Shown here: one piece after another, positions 25,749 through 33,881 of the stretch
Layout: each line of letters starts with the position of its first letter
Numbering within the stretch: position 1 is the first letter of the stretch
From: Methanoculleus marisnigri JR1
GTDB taxonomy: Archaea; Halobacteriota; Methanomicrobia; Methanomicrobiales; Methanoculleaceae
Direction of reading: 5' to 3'
NCBI RefSeq assembly: GCF_000015825.1
Contig: NC_009051.1
Coordinates: 698,695-738,694, forward strand
DNA: 40,000 nucleotides
Notes under the pieces: model-generated
Told to the model about the DNA's origin: nothing
The model's database searches: none
The model's input: only the letters and a program-made list of their open reading frames with translations
Position numbers and translations under genes: made by a program

Positions 25749-27049
25749 TACAATGACCTCCTGTCAACAACTTTCTTCGACTTGCCTTCGAACCGTGGAA
25801 GAGTTCCCGGTTCGACCAGTTCGACGTCCACGCTCACGTTCAGCGAGCTCCGCAGCCGGTGCTCCACGGCCTTCTTGATCACCATGAGTTCGGTGATCTT
25901 GTCGGAGAACGCCTCTTCGCTCACCTCAACCCGCACGAGCATGGAGTCGAGCGCACCCTTGCGGTCGACGACGATCTGGAAATGCCTGCCGACCTCGGGG
26001 ATCTCGAGCAGCGCATGCTCCACCTGCGACGGGAAGACATTGATGCCCCGGACGATCAGCATGTCGTCCACCCTCCCGCGGATCCGGCCGATGCGCGGAT
26101 GGGTCCGGCCGCAGGCGCAGGTTCCTTCCTCGATGGCGGTAAGGTCGCCGATCCGGTACCGGACCATGGGAAGCGCCTCTTTCTGCAGCATGGTGATCGT
26201 CAGTTCGCCCTGTTCGCCGGCCTCTAGCACCTCGCCGGTTGCAGGATCGACGATCTCCACGAGCGCGAGGTCGCCCCAGATGTGGATCCCCTGCTGCTCG
26301 GTGCACTCGGTGAACATCGGGCCTGAGAGTTCGCTCGTCCCGTATATGTCGTAGGCGCGGATCCCGAGCCAGTCCTCGATCCTGCCCCGCATCTGCTCCG
26401 ACCAGGGTTCGGCGCCGAGGAAGCCCATCCGAAGGTCGGTGTCGTTCTTGATCGAGACGCCCATCTTCTCCGCAACCTCTCCCATGTGGAGGAGGTAGGA
26501 GGGGGTGCAGGCGATGGCGGTGACATGGAGATCCTGCATGAGTTCGATCTGCCGCTCGGTATTCCCGACGCTTGTCGGAAGAACGGTCGCGCCGACCCGT
26601 TCGGCCCCGTAGTGAGCGCCGAGGCCGCCGGTGAAGAGGCCGTACCCGTAACTCACCTGCATAACGTCGCCCCGCCCAAGACCGCAGGAGGAGAACGCCC
26701 GCGCGAGCGACTCGCTCCAGTTCTCGATGTCGCGTTCCGTGTACCCGACGACCGTCGGTTTCCCCGTCGTCCCGGAGGAGACGTGGTACCTGACCAGTTC
26801 GTTCTGCTCGGCGGTGAAGATCCTGTCCGGGTAGCCGTCCCGCAGGTCGCTCTTGTACATGAACGGGAGTTTCGCGACATCCTCAAGCGTCCTGATGTCG
26901 TCGGGATGAACCTCGTGCTCCTTCATCCGGCGCCGGTAGAAGTCGTTGAAGCTGTAGAGCCGGTAAACCAGGGATTTTAAGAGTTTGAACTGGAGCCGCC
27001 GCAGTTCGTCGAGCGGCATCTCTTCCGTCCGCGGGTTCCACGAAGCCAT
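25748..27049 (-). CDS. paaK: phenylacetate--CoA ligase family protein (PaaK / F390 synthetase-like), paralogue 1
   Basis: 433 aa. Adenylate-forming motif SSGTTGKPT. Start overlaps the upstream stop (TGATG). Confidence 0.9.
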   Translation of the reverse strand: MASWNPRTEEMPLDELRRLQFKLLKSLVYRLYSFNDFYRRRMKEHEVHPDDIRTLEDVAKLPFMYKSDLRDGYPDRIFTAEQNELVRYHVSSGTTGKPTVVGYTERDIENWSESLARAFSSCGLGRGDVMQVSYGYGLFTGGLGAHYGAERVGATVLPTSVGNTERQIELMQDLHVTAIACTPSYLLHMGEVAEKMGVSIKNDTDLRMGFLGAEPWSEQMRGRIEDWLGIRAYDIYGTSELSGPMFTECTEQQGIHIWGDLALVEIVDPATGEVLEAGEQGELTITMLQKEALPMVRYRIGDLTAIEEGTCACGRTHPRIGRIRGRVDDMLIVRGINVFPSQVEHALLEIPEVGRHFQIVVDRKGALDSMLVRVEVSEEAFSDKITELMVIKKAVEHRLRSSLNVSVDVELVEPGTLPRFEGKSKKVVDRRSL

Positions 27050-28338
27050 CAGATCGCCCCCCGGCGGTCGATCACCCGCTTCGCCTTCCCCTCGAACCGG
27101 GGCAGCGCTCCCGGCTCCACCAGTTTCACCGCGGTCCGAAGGCCGAGCGTATTGTGGAGTTCGCCGGAGATTTTCTTCTGCATGCGGGCGAGGTCCTGCA
27201 GTTCGCCGGAGAACCCCGTCCTGCTCATCTCTACCTCGATGGTCATCTCATCAAGATGTTTGACGCGATCAATATATACGATGAACTGCTCCCCGACCTC
27301 AGGGAGGGCCCGTAGCACGTGCTCGATCTGGGACGGGAAGACGTTGATCCCCCGGATAACCAGCATATCGTCGCTCCGGCCCGTGATCCGCTCGATCTTC
27401 TGCCCGCGCCCGCAGGCGCACCCGTCATCCATCAGCCGGGTCACGTCGCCGGTGCGGTACCGGACGAGCGGCAGGGCGTCCTTGACGAGCGGCGTGATGA
27501 CAAGTTCGCCGCGCTCCCCGGGAGCGAGCCGCTCGCCGGTCTTGGGATCGATGATCTCGACAAGGTAGCAGTCGTGCCAGATATGAAGCCCGTCCCTCTC
27601 CGGGCACTCGAACGCCACGCCGGGACCGTACATCTCCGAGAGCCCGTAACTGTCGTAGGCCTTCACCCCGAGACGCCGTTCGAGTTCGTTGCGCATGCTC
27701 TCCGACCAGGGTTCGGCCCCGAAGATCCCGGTTTTCAGGGTATCCAGCGTCTTTCCCATCGACTCGGCCACCTCGGCGAGGTGGAGGGCATAACTCGGCG
27801 TGCAGTGGATGGCGGTCACCCCGAAATCCTCGATCATCTCGATCTGGCGGCGGGTGTTTCCGGTCGCGCTCGGGATCACGGTCATCCCGATCTTCTCGGC
27901 GCCGTAGTGGAACCCGAGCCCCCCGGTGAAGAGACCGTAGTTGACGGCGTTCTGGAAGACGTCGTCCTCCCCTAGACCGATCATCGTCATGTTCCGTGCG
28001 ATCAGTTCCGACCAGTTATCCAGGTCCTGCCGGGTGTAGCCGACGACGGTCGGCTTGCCCGTCGTGCCGGAGGTGGTGTGAATTCGGACGATCTCTTTTA
28101 AGGGAACCGCGAAGAGGCCGAACGGGTATCCGGCCTGGAGCTCCTTTTTGTAGGTAAAAGGGAGTTTCTCCACGTCGTCAAGCGTCTGAATATCGTCCGG
28201 CGAGACGCCCGCTTCTTTTAACTTTCTCTGGTATAACCCTACTTTCTGTGCCTGGGCTAGCGACCATTTCAGCCGCTTCAGTTGCAGATCCGCGAGTTCG
28301 CTAGATCGGATCGTCTCCATCTCTCTATTCCAGAACAT
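27049..28338 (-). CDS. paaK: phenylacetate--CoA ligase family protein (PaaK-like), paralogue 2
   Basis: 429 aa. TSGTTGKPT motif. Collinear with paralogue 1 (roughly half the residues identical by eye over the N-terminal 190 aa). Confidence 0.9.
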   Translation of the reverse strand: MFWNREMETIRSSELADLQLKRLKWSLAQAQKVGLYQRKLKEAGVSPDDIQTLDDVEKLPFTYKKELQAGYPFGLFAVPLKEIVRIHTTSGTTGKPTVVGYTRQDLDNWSELIARNMTMIGLGEDDVFQNAVNYGLFTGGLGFHYGAEKIGMTVIPSATGNTRRQIEMIEDFGVTAIHCTPSYALHLAEVAESMGKTLDTLKTGIFGAEPWSESMRNELERRLGVKAYDSYGLSEMYGPGVAFECPERDGLHIWHDCYLVEIIDPKTGERLAPGERGELVITPLVKDALPLVRYRTGDVTRLMDDGCACGRGQKIERITGRSDDMLVIRGINVFPSQIEHVLRALPEVGEQFIVYIDRVKHLDEMTIEVEMSRTGFSGELQDLARMQKKISGELHNTLGLRTAVKLVEPGALPRFEGKAKRVIDRRGAI

Positions 28339-28736
28339 AGTATCCCATCGGTTTTTCGCCGGTTGGAGAGATCGTGCTCCATCCGGCTATATTGCCCGGT
28401 ATCGGGTTGCGATACTCCTGACGGTCCTGTTCCGGCAGGCCGCCGGGCATACTTTACCGTTATATGGGCCCGCGGTGCGGAAAAGGTTTGTCAATGCGTG
28501 GCATGGTACGCCGTGACAGTCCCCGGTCCGGTTCCACTCTCCCGGGCAGTCAGGTTTTTTCTTCCCGAAACCTGTCCGGAGCAGGCCCCTCGGGCACCCG
28601 CGCCGGACGGCGGCGGCATAGGCGGCCGGCCGGTCGATCCAATCTCCTTACGCTGAGATTGCGTTCTCTCTGTATCCGGGAGATTCGATGCATTAATCAC
28701 CGAAAACAGCCCAATACTCATTTCCAGAGTGATCAG

Positions 28737-29672
28737 ATGGCAGCGACGGAACCCTGGCTCCCTGTCTTCGGCTACGGGGGGCACATCAAGGCGACGACAC
28801 GGGAGCTCATCATCGCGCGCGGGAGCGATACCCGGCGTTATCCCATACAGGCGGTGAAGCACCTCCTGATCGTCGGCGGGCATACCCTGCATACCTCGGC
28901 GGTGACGAATCTCCTCAAAGCCGGCGCTGCCATCACCATCTTCGACATCGACGGCACGCCCGTCGGATACCTCTACCCTTACGGTTATCGGCCGGACGAG
29001 TCGGTGCGCCTCGCCCAGGAGCGGGCCGGTCCCCACCGGTTCGCTCAGCCGCTCGCACGGGCCTCCCTCCAGTCGAGGCTTCTCCTCCTCGAGGAACTCT
29101 ACGACCACGCCGGGCACGATATCTTCTACGCCGGAGAGTTAGACTTCCTCCACCAGGCCAGGGAAGAACTTTCGGCCTCGGTCACGATGGAGAACCTGCG
29201 GCGGCTCTCCCGCCTGACCACCGATATGTACTACGAGATCCTCTCCCGCACGCTCCCGCCGGAACTCGGGTTCCGCCGCAGGACGAGCCGCCCTTACCTC
29301 GACCCCGTCAATGCGATGTTTGCGCTCGGATACGCGATGATTTACGGCAACTGCTGCGTCTCGGTGGTCGGGGCTCACCTCGATCCCGATCTCGGCATGC
29401 TTCACGAAGGGGCGGGGAGTTTCGTTCACGACCTCATCGAACCGCAGAAAGCCTCGATGGTGGATCGTGCCGTTATCCGGTTTGCCCGCGAAGAGATCTC
29501 AAGCGGAGATTACGAATGCGGAGAAAAGCGGTGTTATCTTGGCGGGGATCTCTCGTCCCGGCTGGCCGCGGCGCTCCGCGACTCCATTGATCAGGCCCGT
29601 ATCGACGCGCAGGTGCGCATCGTGCGGGATGCGCTCCTTGCGAACGCCGAGTTTCATGTGCTGTACTGGTAA
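28737..29672 (+). CDS. cas1: stand-alone Cas1 homologue (Cas1-solo; no CRISPR-cas context)
   Basis: ORF 28464-29672 trimmed to ATG 28737 (MAATEPWLPVFGYGGHIK...) with SD-like gagtgatc upstream. Cas1 N-terminal beta domain plus C-terminal block RPYLDPVNAMFALGYAMIY...GAHLDPDLGMLHEGAGSFVHDLIEPQKASMVD. Confidence 0.75.
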   Translation: MAATEPWLPVFGYGGHIKATTRELIIARGSDTRRYPIQAVKHLLIVGGHTLHTSAVTNLLKAGAAITIFDIDGTPVGYLYPYGYRPDESVRLAQERAGPHRFAQPLARASLQSRLLLLEELYDHAGHDIFYAGELDFLHQAREELSASVTMENLRRLSRLTTDMYYEILSRTLPPELGFRRRTSRPYLDPVNAMFALGYAMIYGNCCVSVVGAHLDPDLGMLHEGAGSFVHDLIEPQKASMVDRAVIRFAREEISSGDYECGEKRCYLGGDLSSRLAAALRDSIDQARIDAQVRIVRDALLANAEFHVLYW

Positions 29673-29941
29673 CTGCCCCGCTGAATGGTGAACTCGGGGT
29701 AAGCGGCATGGGGGACCTCCTGCTGGATGATATCCCTGATGATGACCCGGGGACACCCGTACAGCATGGAGACGAACTTATCGAGGACGACCGGGTCGGC
29801 GGTTGCGGTGATGAGCACCTGCCCGTCGGGGAGATTCATCGCCTCGCCGCCGACGCCGAGATTGGTGGCGATCCTCTTGATGCACGCGCGGAACCCGACG
29901 CCCTGTACTCTTCCCGAGACTTTGATCTCGACCGTCTTCAC
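29654..29941 (-). CDS. acyP: acylphosphatase-like protein
   Basis: ORF 29654-30094 trimmed to GTG 29941, which overlaps the TGA of the upstream gene (GTGA). 95 aa. Signature VSGRVQGVGFR and the Asn loop (AMNLPDG). Confidence 0.78.
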   Translation of the reverse strand: MKTVEIKVSGRVQGVGFRACIKRIATNLGVGGEAMNLPDGQVLITATADPVVLDKFVSMLYGCPRVIIRDIIQQEVPHAAYPEFTIQRGSYQYST

Positions 29942-32900
29942 AGCCAGTGCTCCTGGATGATCCGCATGGACATATCCAGCTCGTCGTATACCTCGTCCCG
30001 GATCATCGAGTCGCGGATGTTGAGCGCCTCGCTCACGGCCAGATCGAGGACCTCTCTCGAGCGGTCTTCGTAGCGCTCCGCATAGATCCGGCACGCCATA
30101 TCGCCGAGCACGAATGCCCGCCGTGAGAGCGGCCTGATGATCCGGGCCTCTTCGAGCGCGCAGAGCAGCATCCTGTCTGCAACCTCATGCTGCCCTGCGC
30201 CCCGGGCAATGAGGTAGAGTTCCGTGTAGTAGGCTGCCCGCTTCGCCCTGTCGGGCGCCGCACGTATCGCACGATCGAGCGTGACCATGTCCTTTGTGGT
30301 GTACTCGCCGTTCCGGATCTTGTCCCGGCAGTCGAGGATCCTGGCATAGACAGTATTCTTCCACGACTGGGGCATGTTCTGCTCGAGTTGGACCGTCAGG
30401 TTGTACCGGATCCGGTCGTCATCGATGGCGGAGACAATTTCGGCGGCACGTTCTCGGGCGGCAGGTTTCCCGCTCGCCCGGTAGAACGAGAAGAGCATCT
30501 GGGCCATCCGCTGCCGTGTCATGGCGGTGATGAACGGGATCTGAATGTAGCCGGCAGTCTGCTCCATGCCGTTTAACAGCTCCTCGATCTCCTCCTGGTC
30601 ACCGTACGTCTCGGCGAACTGCGCCACGTCGAAGAGCATCGAGAGCCGGACGTAGGGGGAGGGGATGTTCACGACGGTGTGGCACATCGAAGAGAGGATA
30701 TCCTTTCTCTGCGCGGGTTCGCTGACCATGTCGAAGACTGCCGCGAGAGCGTCGACGTATTCGACCGGATCCTCGATCCTGCCGACCTGCCCCATCGCCC
30801 ATTCGACGTCTTTCTCCTGCCGGTTGACGGCACTGAGGTTTCTTGCGGCGTAGATCAGGTTCTTCCTGACGAATGCCTCCCGCTCGCTCCCTATCGCGTC
30901 GAGCATTTGTTGCGCCTCGGCAAGATACTCCCTGGCTGCATCGTGATCGATCCCGGCCATGAGTCCGGCGAGGTCGGAGAGCATGATCGCGCGGACGGAC
31001 GGATCGGAGAGGTCGCCGATGGTCTCGTGGAGTCTCCGGATGATCGTCTCGGCCTGCTCGACGTTTTCGAGAGCCGAGTAGGCGCTCACGATCCGGTACA
31101 TCCCGGTGTAGCGTGCATAGACGTCGCCGGTGTGCTCGAAGAGCCGGTACATCAGTTCGAGCACAGGCTGTGCTGCCGCCCCTCCTTCGATCCCTTCGAG
31201 CAGGTAAGCCGTCACCTCATAGGGATCGGCCGAGTCGAATTCTTTCGTGTAATCGGTAAAGAACGTGAGGATCCGCTGGATCATGGCGGTTCGCTCGTAG
31301 TCGCCGTCGATCTCCAGGGAGAAGAGCGACATGGGTGCCGCAAAGATCGGGCTCGCGTAGATCTGTGTGTACTCGAGCATGATATCGACGTAACTTGCTA
31401 TCTTGATCGATACCTCCTCGTGCGGGGTGCTGGTCTTGAGGAGGTCGAGCGCTATTTCGAACGGCTCCATCATGCCGTCGAAGATCTGCGCCTTCCTCCG
31501 GGTGAGTTGGTCTGCCACCTGCAGGCTCCCGACCCGGACGTAGCCTTCGACGAGGGGATCGGCCAGTTGCCGCTGCAGGGACGGGTCGGCGATCTGGGAG
31601 AGGATCTGGCCCGCCTCGTCCAGCGCCTGGAGCGAGAGCTGCTCGATCCCGTACATGATCAGGCCGTGGACGACCTTGCCCATCGCAAAGAGGCAGTAGT
31701 CCCGTTCCAGCAGGGACGTGGAGAGAACCCGCATCCCGTGGAGCAGGTCGAGGTCGGCGTCCTCAACGGCGAGCACGGCAGCCTGGTCCACGATGCCCCC
31801 CATCGCCTCGGCCCGTGCCCGCTGGTCCACGATCTCGCAGGTGAGTCCGGTTGCGTGCCGGAGAAGATCCCGGTCTTTCCGGGCGACGCCGATCCTTGCC
31901 ATCTCGACTGCGATGGTCGAGATGGCCTGCTCGCGGAGATCCTGTTCTCCAATCTGGCCAACCAGATCCACGAGAGCCGAAGGCTCTTTCTGGCGAACGA
32001 ATCCTCGCTCGATCAGGATGGTGTTGCACTCGAAAAGCAGGGTGTCCTGTCCGCGGTGCGAGCTCGCGAGCTCCTTTATGGCTGGAATATGCCTGACGAC
32101 CTCGTCAAAGTCGTACTCCTTGCAGAAGTCGGTCACCGCCTGGTGAACCAGCGAATCGGCGATCTCGATATCCAGTGTGGCGAGGACGTTCTCGCGGACG
32201 AGCCCGATCTCGTCGCGCCGGACCCCCTCCTTGATCAGGCGGACACTGGTGTCGAAAAATTGGGCGTTGATCCTCTGTGCACTGCTGCTGGCCTTTTTCA
32301 TGACCTCGATTGCGTGATAGAAGTCGCCCATGCGGGAGAGTGCGTCGGTGATCTGCCGGTAGAGCTGGGCCGCTTTCGCAGCATCGCAGGACTCGTCGAT
32401 CAGCGGCGTGATGTCGAGGAGGATGGTCGGGTTGCCGCTCTTCTCGACGACCGCGATCCCGGAGAGGACGATCTCTTCGATGGGGAGCTGGGTTTCTCCG
32501 GCGCCCCGGGCGTTGAACTCGAACGCTTTCTCGAGGAACCAGCGCTCCCCACTCCGCTCGGCTTTCTTCAGGAGTTCGAGGACGAGGGTCTGGCCTGCCC
32601 ACGCTTTTTCGTCGTCGATCCTGAGCAGTTTGGTGTATACCTGTTTCTTGTCCCGCTGGCGGTCGAGGAGCTGCTCGGTCAGGATCGCGAGAACCTCCGT
32701 GAGCCGCTCTTCGGGGACGTCCGGGAGAGAGTCGATGATCCGTTCGATATCGGAAATCTCCTTCCTCTGCGAGGATTTCCAGGCCGCGTCCACGATATCG
32801 GCGATCGAGTTGGTGCGCCGGATCTTCTGGTTGATCTCGGTGGCGCTTGAAAGCCCGCGGATCACGAGGTTGATATCGCCGGACTCGATGCCCGCCCCGG

Positions 32901-33504
32901 CAATCGCCCGGGCCACGTCGGCGTGGAGTTGGGACTGCCGCGATATGTCGCCGATCTCGGGAAGCATCTGGAGCGCATACTGCATGATGTCGACGTTCTG
33001 GTGCTTCTGCCCGTACTGGATGAAGAGCGGGATGATCTCGGAGAGGATTGCAGAACGGTATTTGCGGATGCTGATCTTATCGAAGGCCTCTCCGCCTTTC
33101 TCGACGTAGTGGATGTCGCCGGAATCAACCCCGGACTGGACAAGGTCACGGGAGATCCTGGCGAGGATATCGGATTGATGGCTTTTGCGATCGAGTTTAT
33201 CGACCAGGGTGAATATCGCCGAGAACCATGCTTCATCCTTTTTCTCGCTATAGGTGACGGCGGCACGCTTGGCGAGGTCGAATATCTCTTCTTTGGTCGG
33301 TTCGACGAGCTGGCTCAAGAGTTCCGGCTGGCCTTCGTTGAACGCCGCTTCGACCAGGGCGGCATTCATCTGCTCGTAGAGCGATCTCTTCTCCTTCCTC
33401 GTCTGGGTCTCCGATATGTCCGAAACCACCTTTTCAAGCTCACGCAGATCGCCAGAAGAGATAGCGGAGTTGATCTTCTGTTTTATCTGTAGTTTTCCAT
33501 CCAT
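29938..33504 (-). CDS. very large (1188 aa) all-alpha repeat protein of unknown function
   Basis: Single uninterrupted ORF with normal amino-acid composition, whereas its 723-aa antisense ORF is R/G/D/H-rich shadow. Recurrent helical-repeat-like blocks (e.g. DILARISRDLVQSGVDSGDIHYV / ADVARAIAGAGIESGDINLV). No P-loop, Cys cluster, signal peptide or TM segment noticed. Confidence 0.8.
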   Translation of the reverse strand: MDGKLQIKQKINSAISSGDLRELEKVVSDISETQTRKEKRSLYEQMNAALVEAAFNEGQPELLSQLVEPTKEEIFDLAKRAAVTYSEKKDEAWFSAIFTLVDKLDRKSHQSDILARISRDLVQSGVDSGDIHYVEKGGEAFDKISIRKYRSAILSEIIPLFIQYGQKHQNVDIMQYALQMLPEIGDISRQSQLHADVARAIAGAGIESGDINLVIRGLSSATEINQKIRRTNSIADIVDAAWKSSQRKEISDIERIIDSLPDVPEERLTEVLAILTEQLLDRQRDKKQVYTKLLRIDDEKAWAGQTLVLELLKKAERSGERWFLEKAFEFNARGAGETQLPIEEIVLSGIAVVEKSGNPTILLDITPLIDESCDAAKAAQLYRQITDALSRMGDFYHAIEVMKKASSSAQRINAQFFDTSVRLIKEGVRRDEIGLVRENVLATLDIEIADSLVHQAVTDFCKEYDFDEVVRHIPAIKELASSHRGQDTLLFECNTILIERGFVRQKEPSALVDLVGQIGEQDLREQAISTIAVEMARIGVARKDRDLLRHATGLTCEIVDQRARAEAMGGIVDQAAVLAVEDADLDLLHGMRVLSTSLLERDYCLFAMGKVVHGLIMYGIEQLSLQALDEAGQILSQIADPSLQRQLADPLVEGYVRVGSLQVADQLTRRKAQIFDGMMEPFEIALDLLKTSTPHEEVSIKIASYVDIMLEYTQIYASPIFAAPMSLFSLEIDGDYERTAMIQRILTFFTDYTKEFDSADPYEVTAYLLEGIEGGAAAQPVLELMYRLFEHTGDVYARYTGMYRIVSAYSALENVEQAETIIRRLHETIGDLSDPSVRAIMLSDLAGLMAGIDHDAAREYLAEAQQMLDAIGSEREAFVRKNLIYAARNLSAVNRQEKDVEWAMGQVGRIEDPVEYVDALAAVFDMVSEPAQRKDILSSMCHTVVNIPSPYVRLSMLFDVAQFAETYGDQEEIEELLNGMEQTAGYIQIPFITAMTRQRMAQMLFSFYRASGKPAARERAAEIVSAIDDDRIRYNLTVQLEQNMPQSWKNTVYARILDCRDKIRNGEYTTKDMVTLDRAIRAAPDRAKRAAYYTELYLIARGAGQHEVADRMLLCALEEARIIRPLSRRAFVLGDMACRIYAERYEDRSREVLDLAVSEALNIRDSMIRDEVYDELDMSMRIIQEHWL

Positions 33505-33741
33505 TTTGATCAGCGCTCTCCCGTGGGTTCTGCATCATGCATATCCATTATCCGATATATAGATTGCCCCCCTCTCACAAGAATGTTTTTCAATGAATTC
33601 GGAGAGTTCCTCAAAAAATATCAGGGATAAGGTGGATGATAGCAGTCCCCCCGGGCACCCCGGGCGGAACTGCTTCATGGGGTCCCGATCCTGCGGGTGA
33701 GAGGTCGGCGCGGTGAGGCGATCGTGCCAGACAGACCGCGT

Positions 33742-33881
33742 GCACCTGGTGCTCGCGCTCTGGCTCTGCGACCCGTCGCGCTTCGAAAACGCTTCGCGTT
33801 TTCTCATGCTCCGGACGTCCCGTCCGTCGCGCTTCGAAACCCTTCGGGTTTTCTCACGCTCTGGCCCTTCGGCCCGTCGCG
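33742..33881. repeat. interspersed intergenic repeat, copy R4 (about 50-nt unit in tandem, hairpin modules)
   Basis: ccgtcgcg recurs at 33773, 33824 and 33874 (spacing 51 and 50 nt). Units contain GAAAACGC-TTC-GCGTTTTC (33785-33803) and AAACCC-TTC-GGGTTT (33836-33850). The last unit runs into the 3' end of glmM. Confidence 0.75.

Noticed and set aside
28464-28736. 91-codon N-terminal extension of the Cas1-like ORF. The same issue applies to starts 14181, 20072, 12741, 36431, 37470 and 38695.
   Set aside because: The extensions are R/G/P/S-rich and cross intergenic or neighbouring-gene sequence. Internal ATG starts give family-typical N-termini and sensible gene spacing.
28339-28736. Looked for a CRISPR repeat-spacer array flanking the Cas1 homologue (and anywhere in the window)
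   Set aside because: There are no regularly spaced 25-40 nt direct repeats. The only tandem repeat (33772-33881) has about 2.5 units with a period of about 50 nt, and it is a hairpin module shared with other intergenic sites, not a CRISPR.
30679-32850. 723-aa plus-strand ORF inside the giant gene
   Set aside because: Same antisense-shadow composition (long runs of D/E/R/G/H/L/V). The minus-strand frame is longer, uninterrupted and protein-like.
33535-33807. 90-aa minus-strand ORF in the region upstream of the giant gene
   Set aside because: It runs through the hairpin repeat and the AT-rich promoter region. It has odd composition and no start context, so it is most likely non-coding.
28339-33853. 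Casposon hypothesis for the Cas1 locus
   Set aside because: No family-B DNA polymerase, no HNH or helix-turn-helix partner genes, and no terminal inverted repeats that I could see by eye. It is kept only as a question to test computationally.
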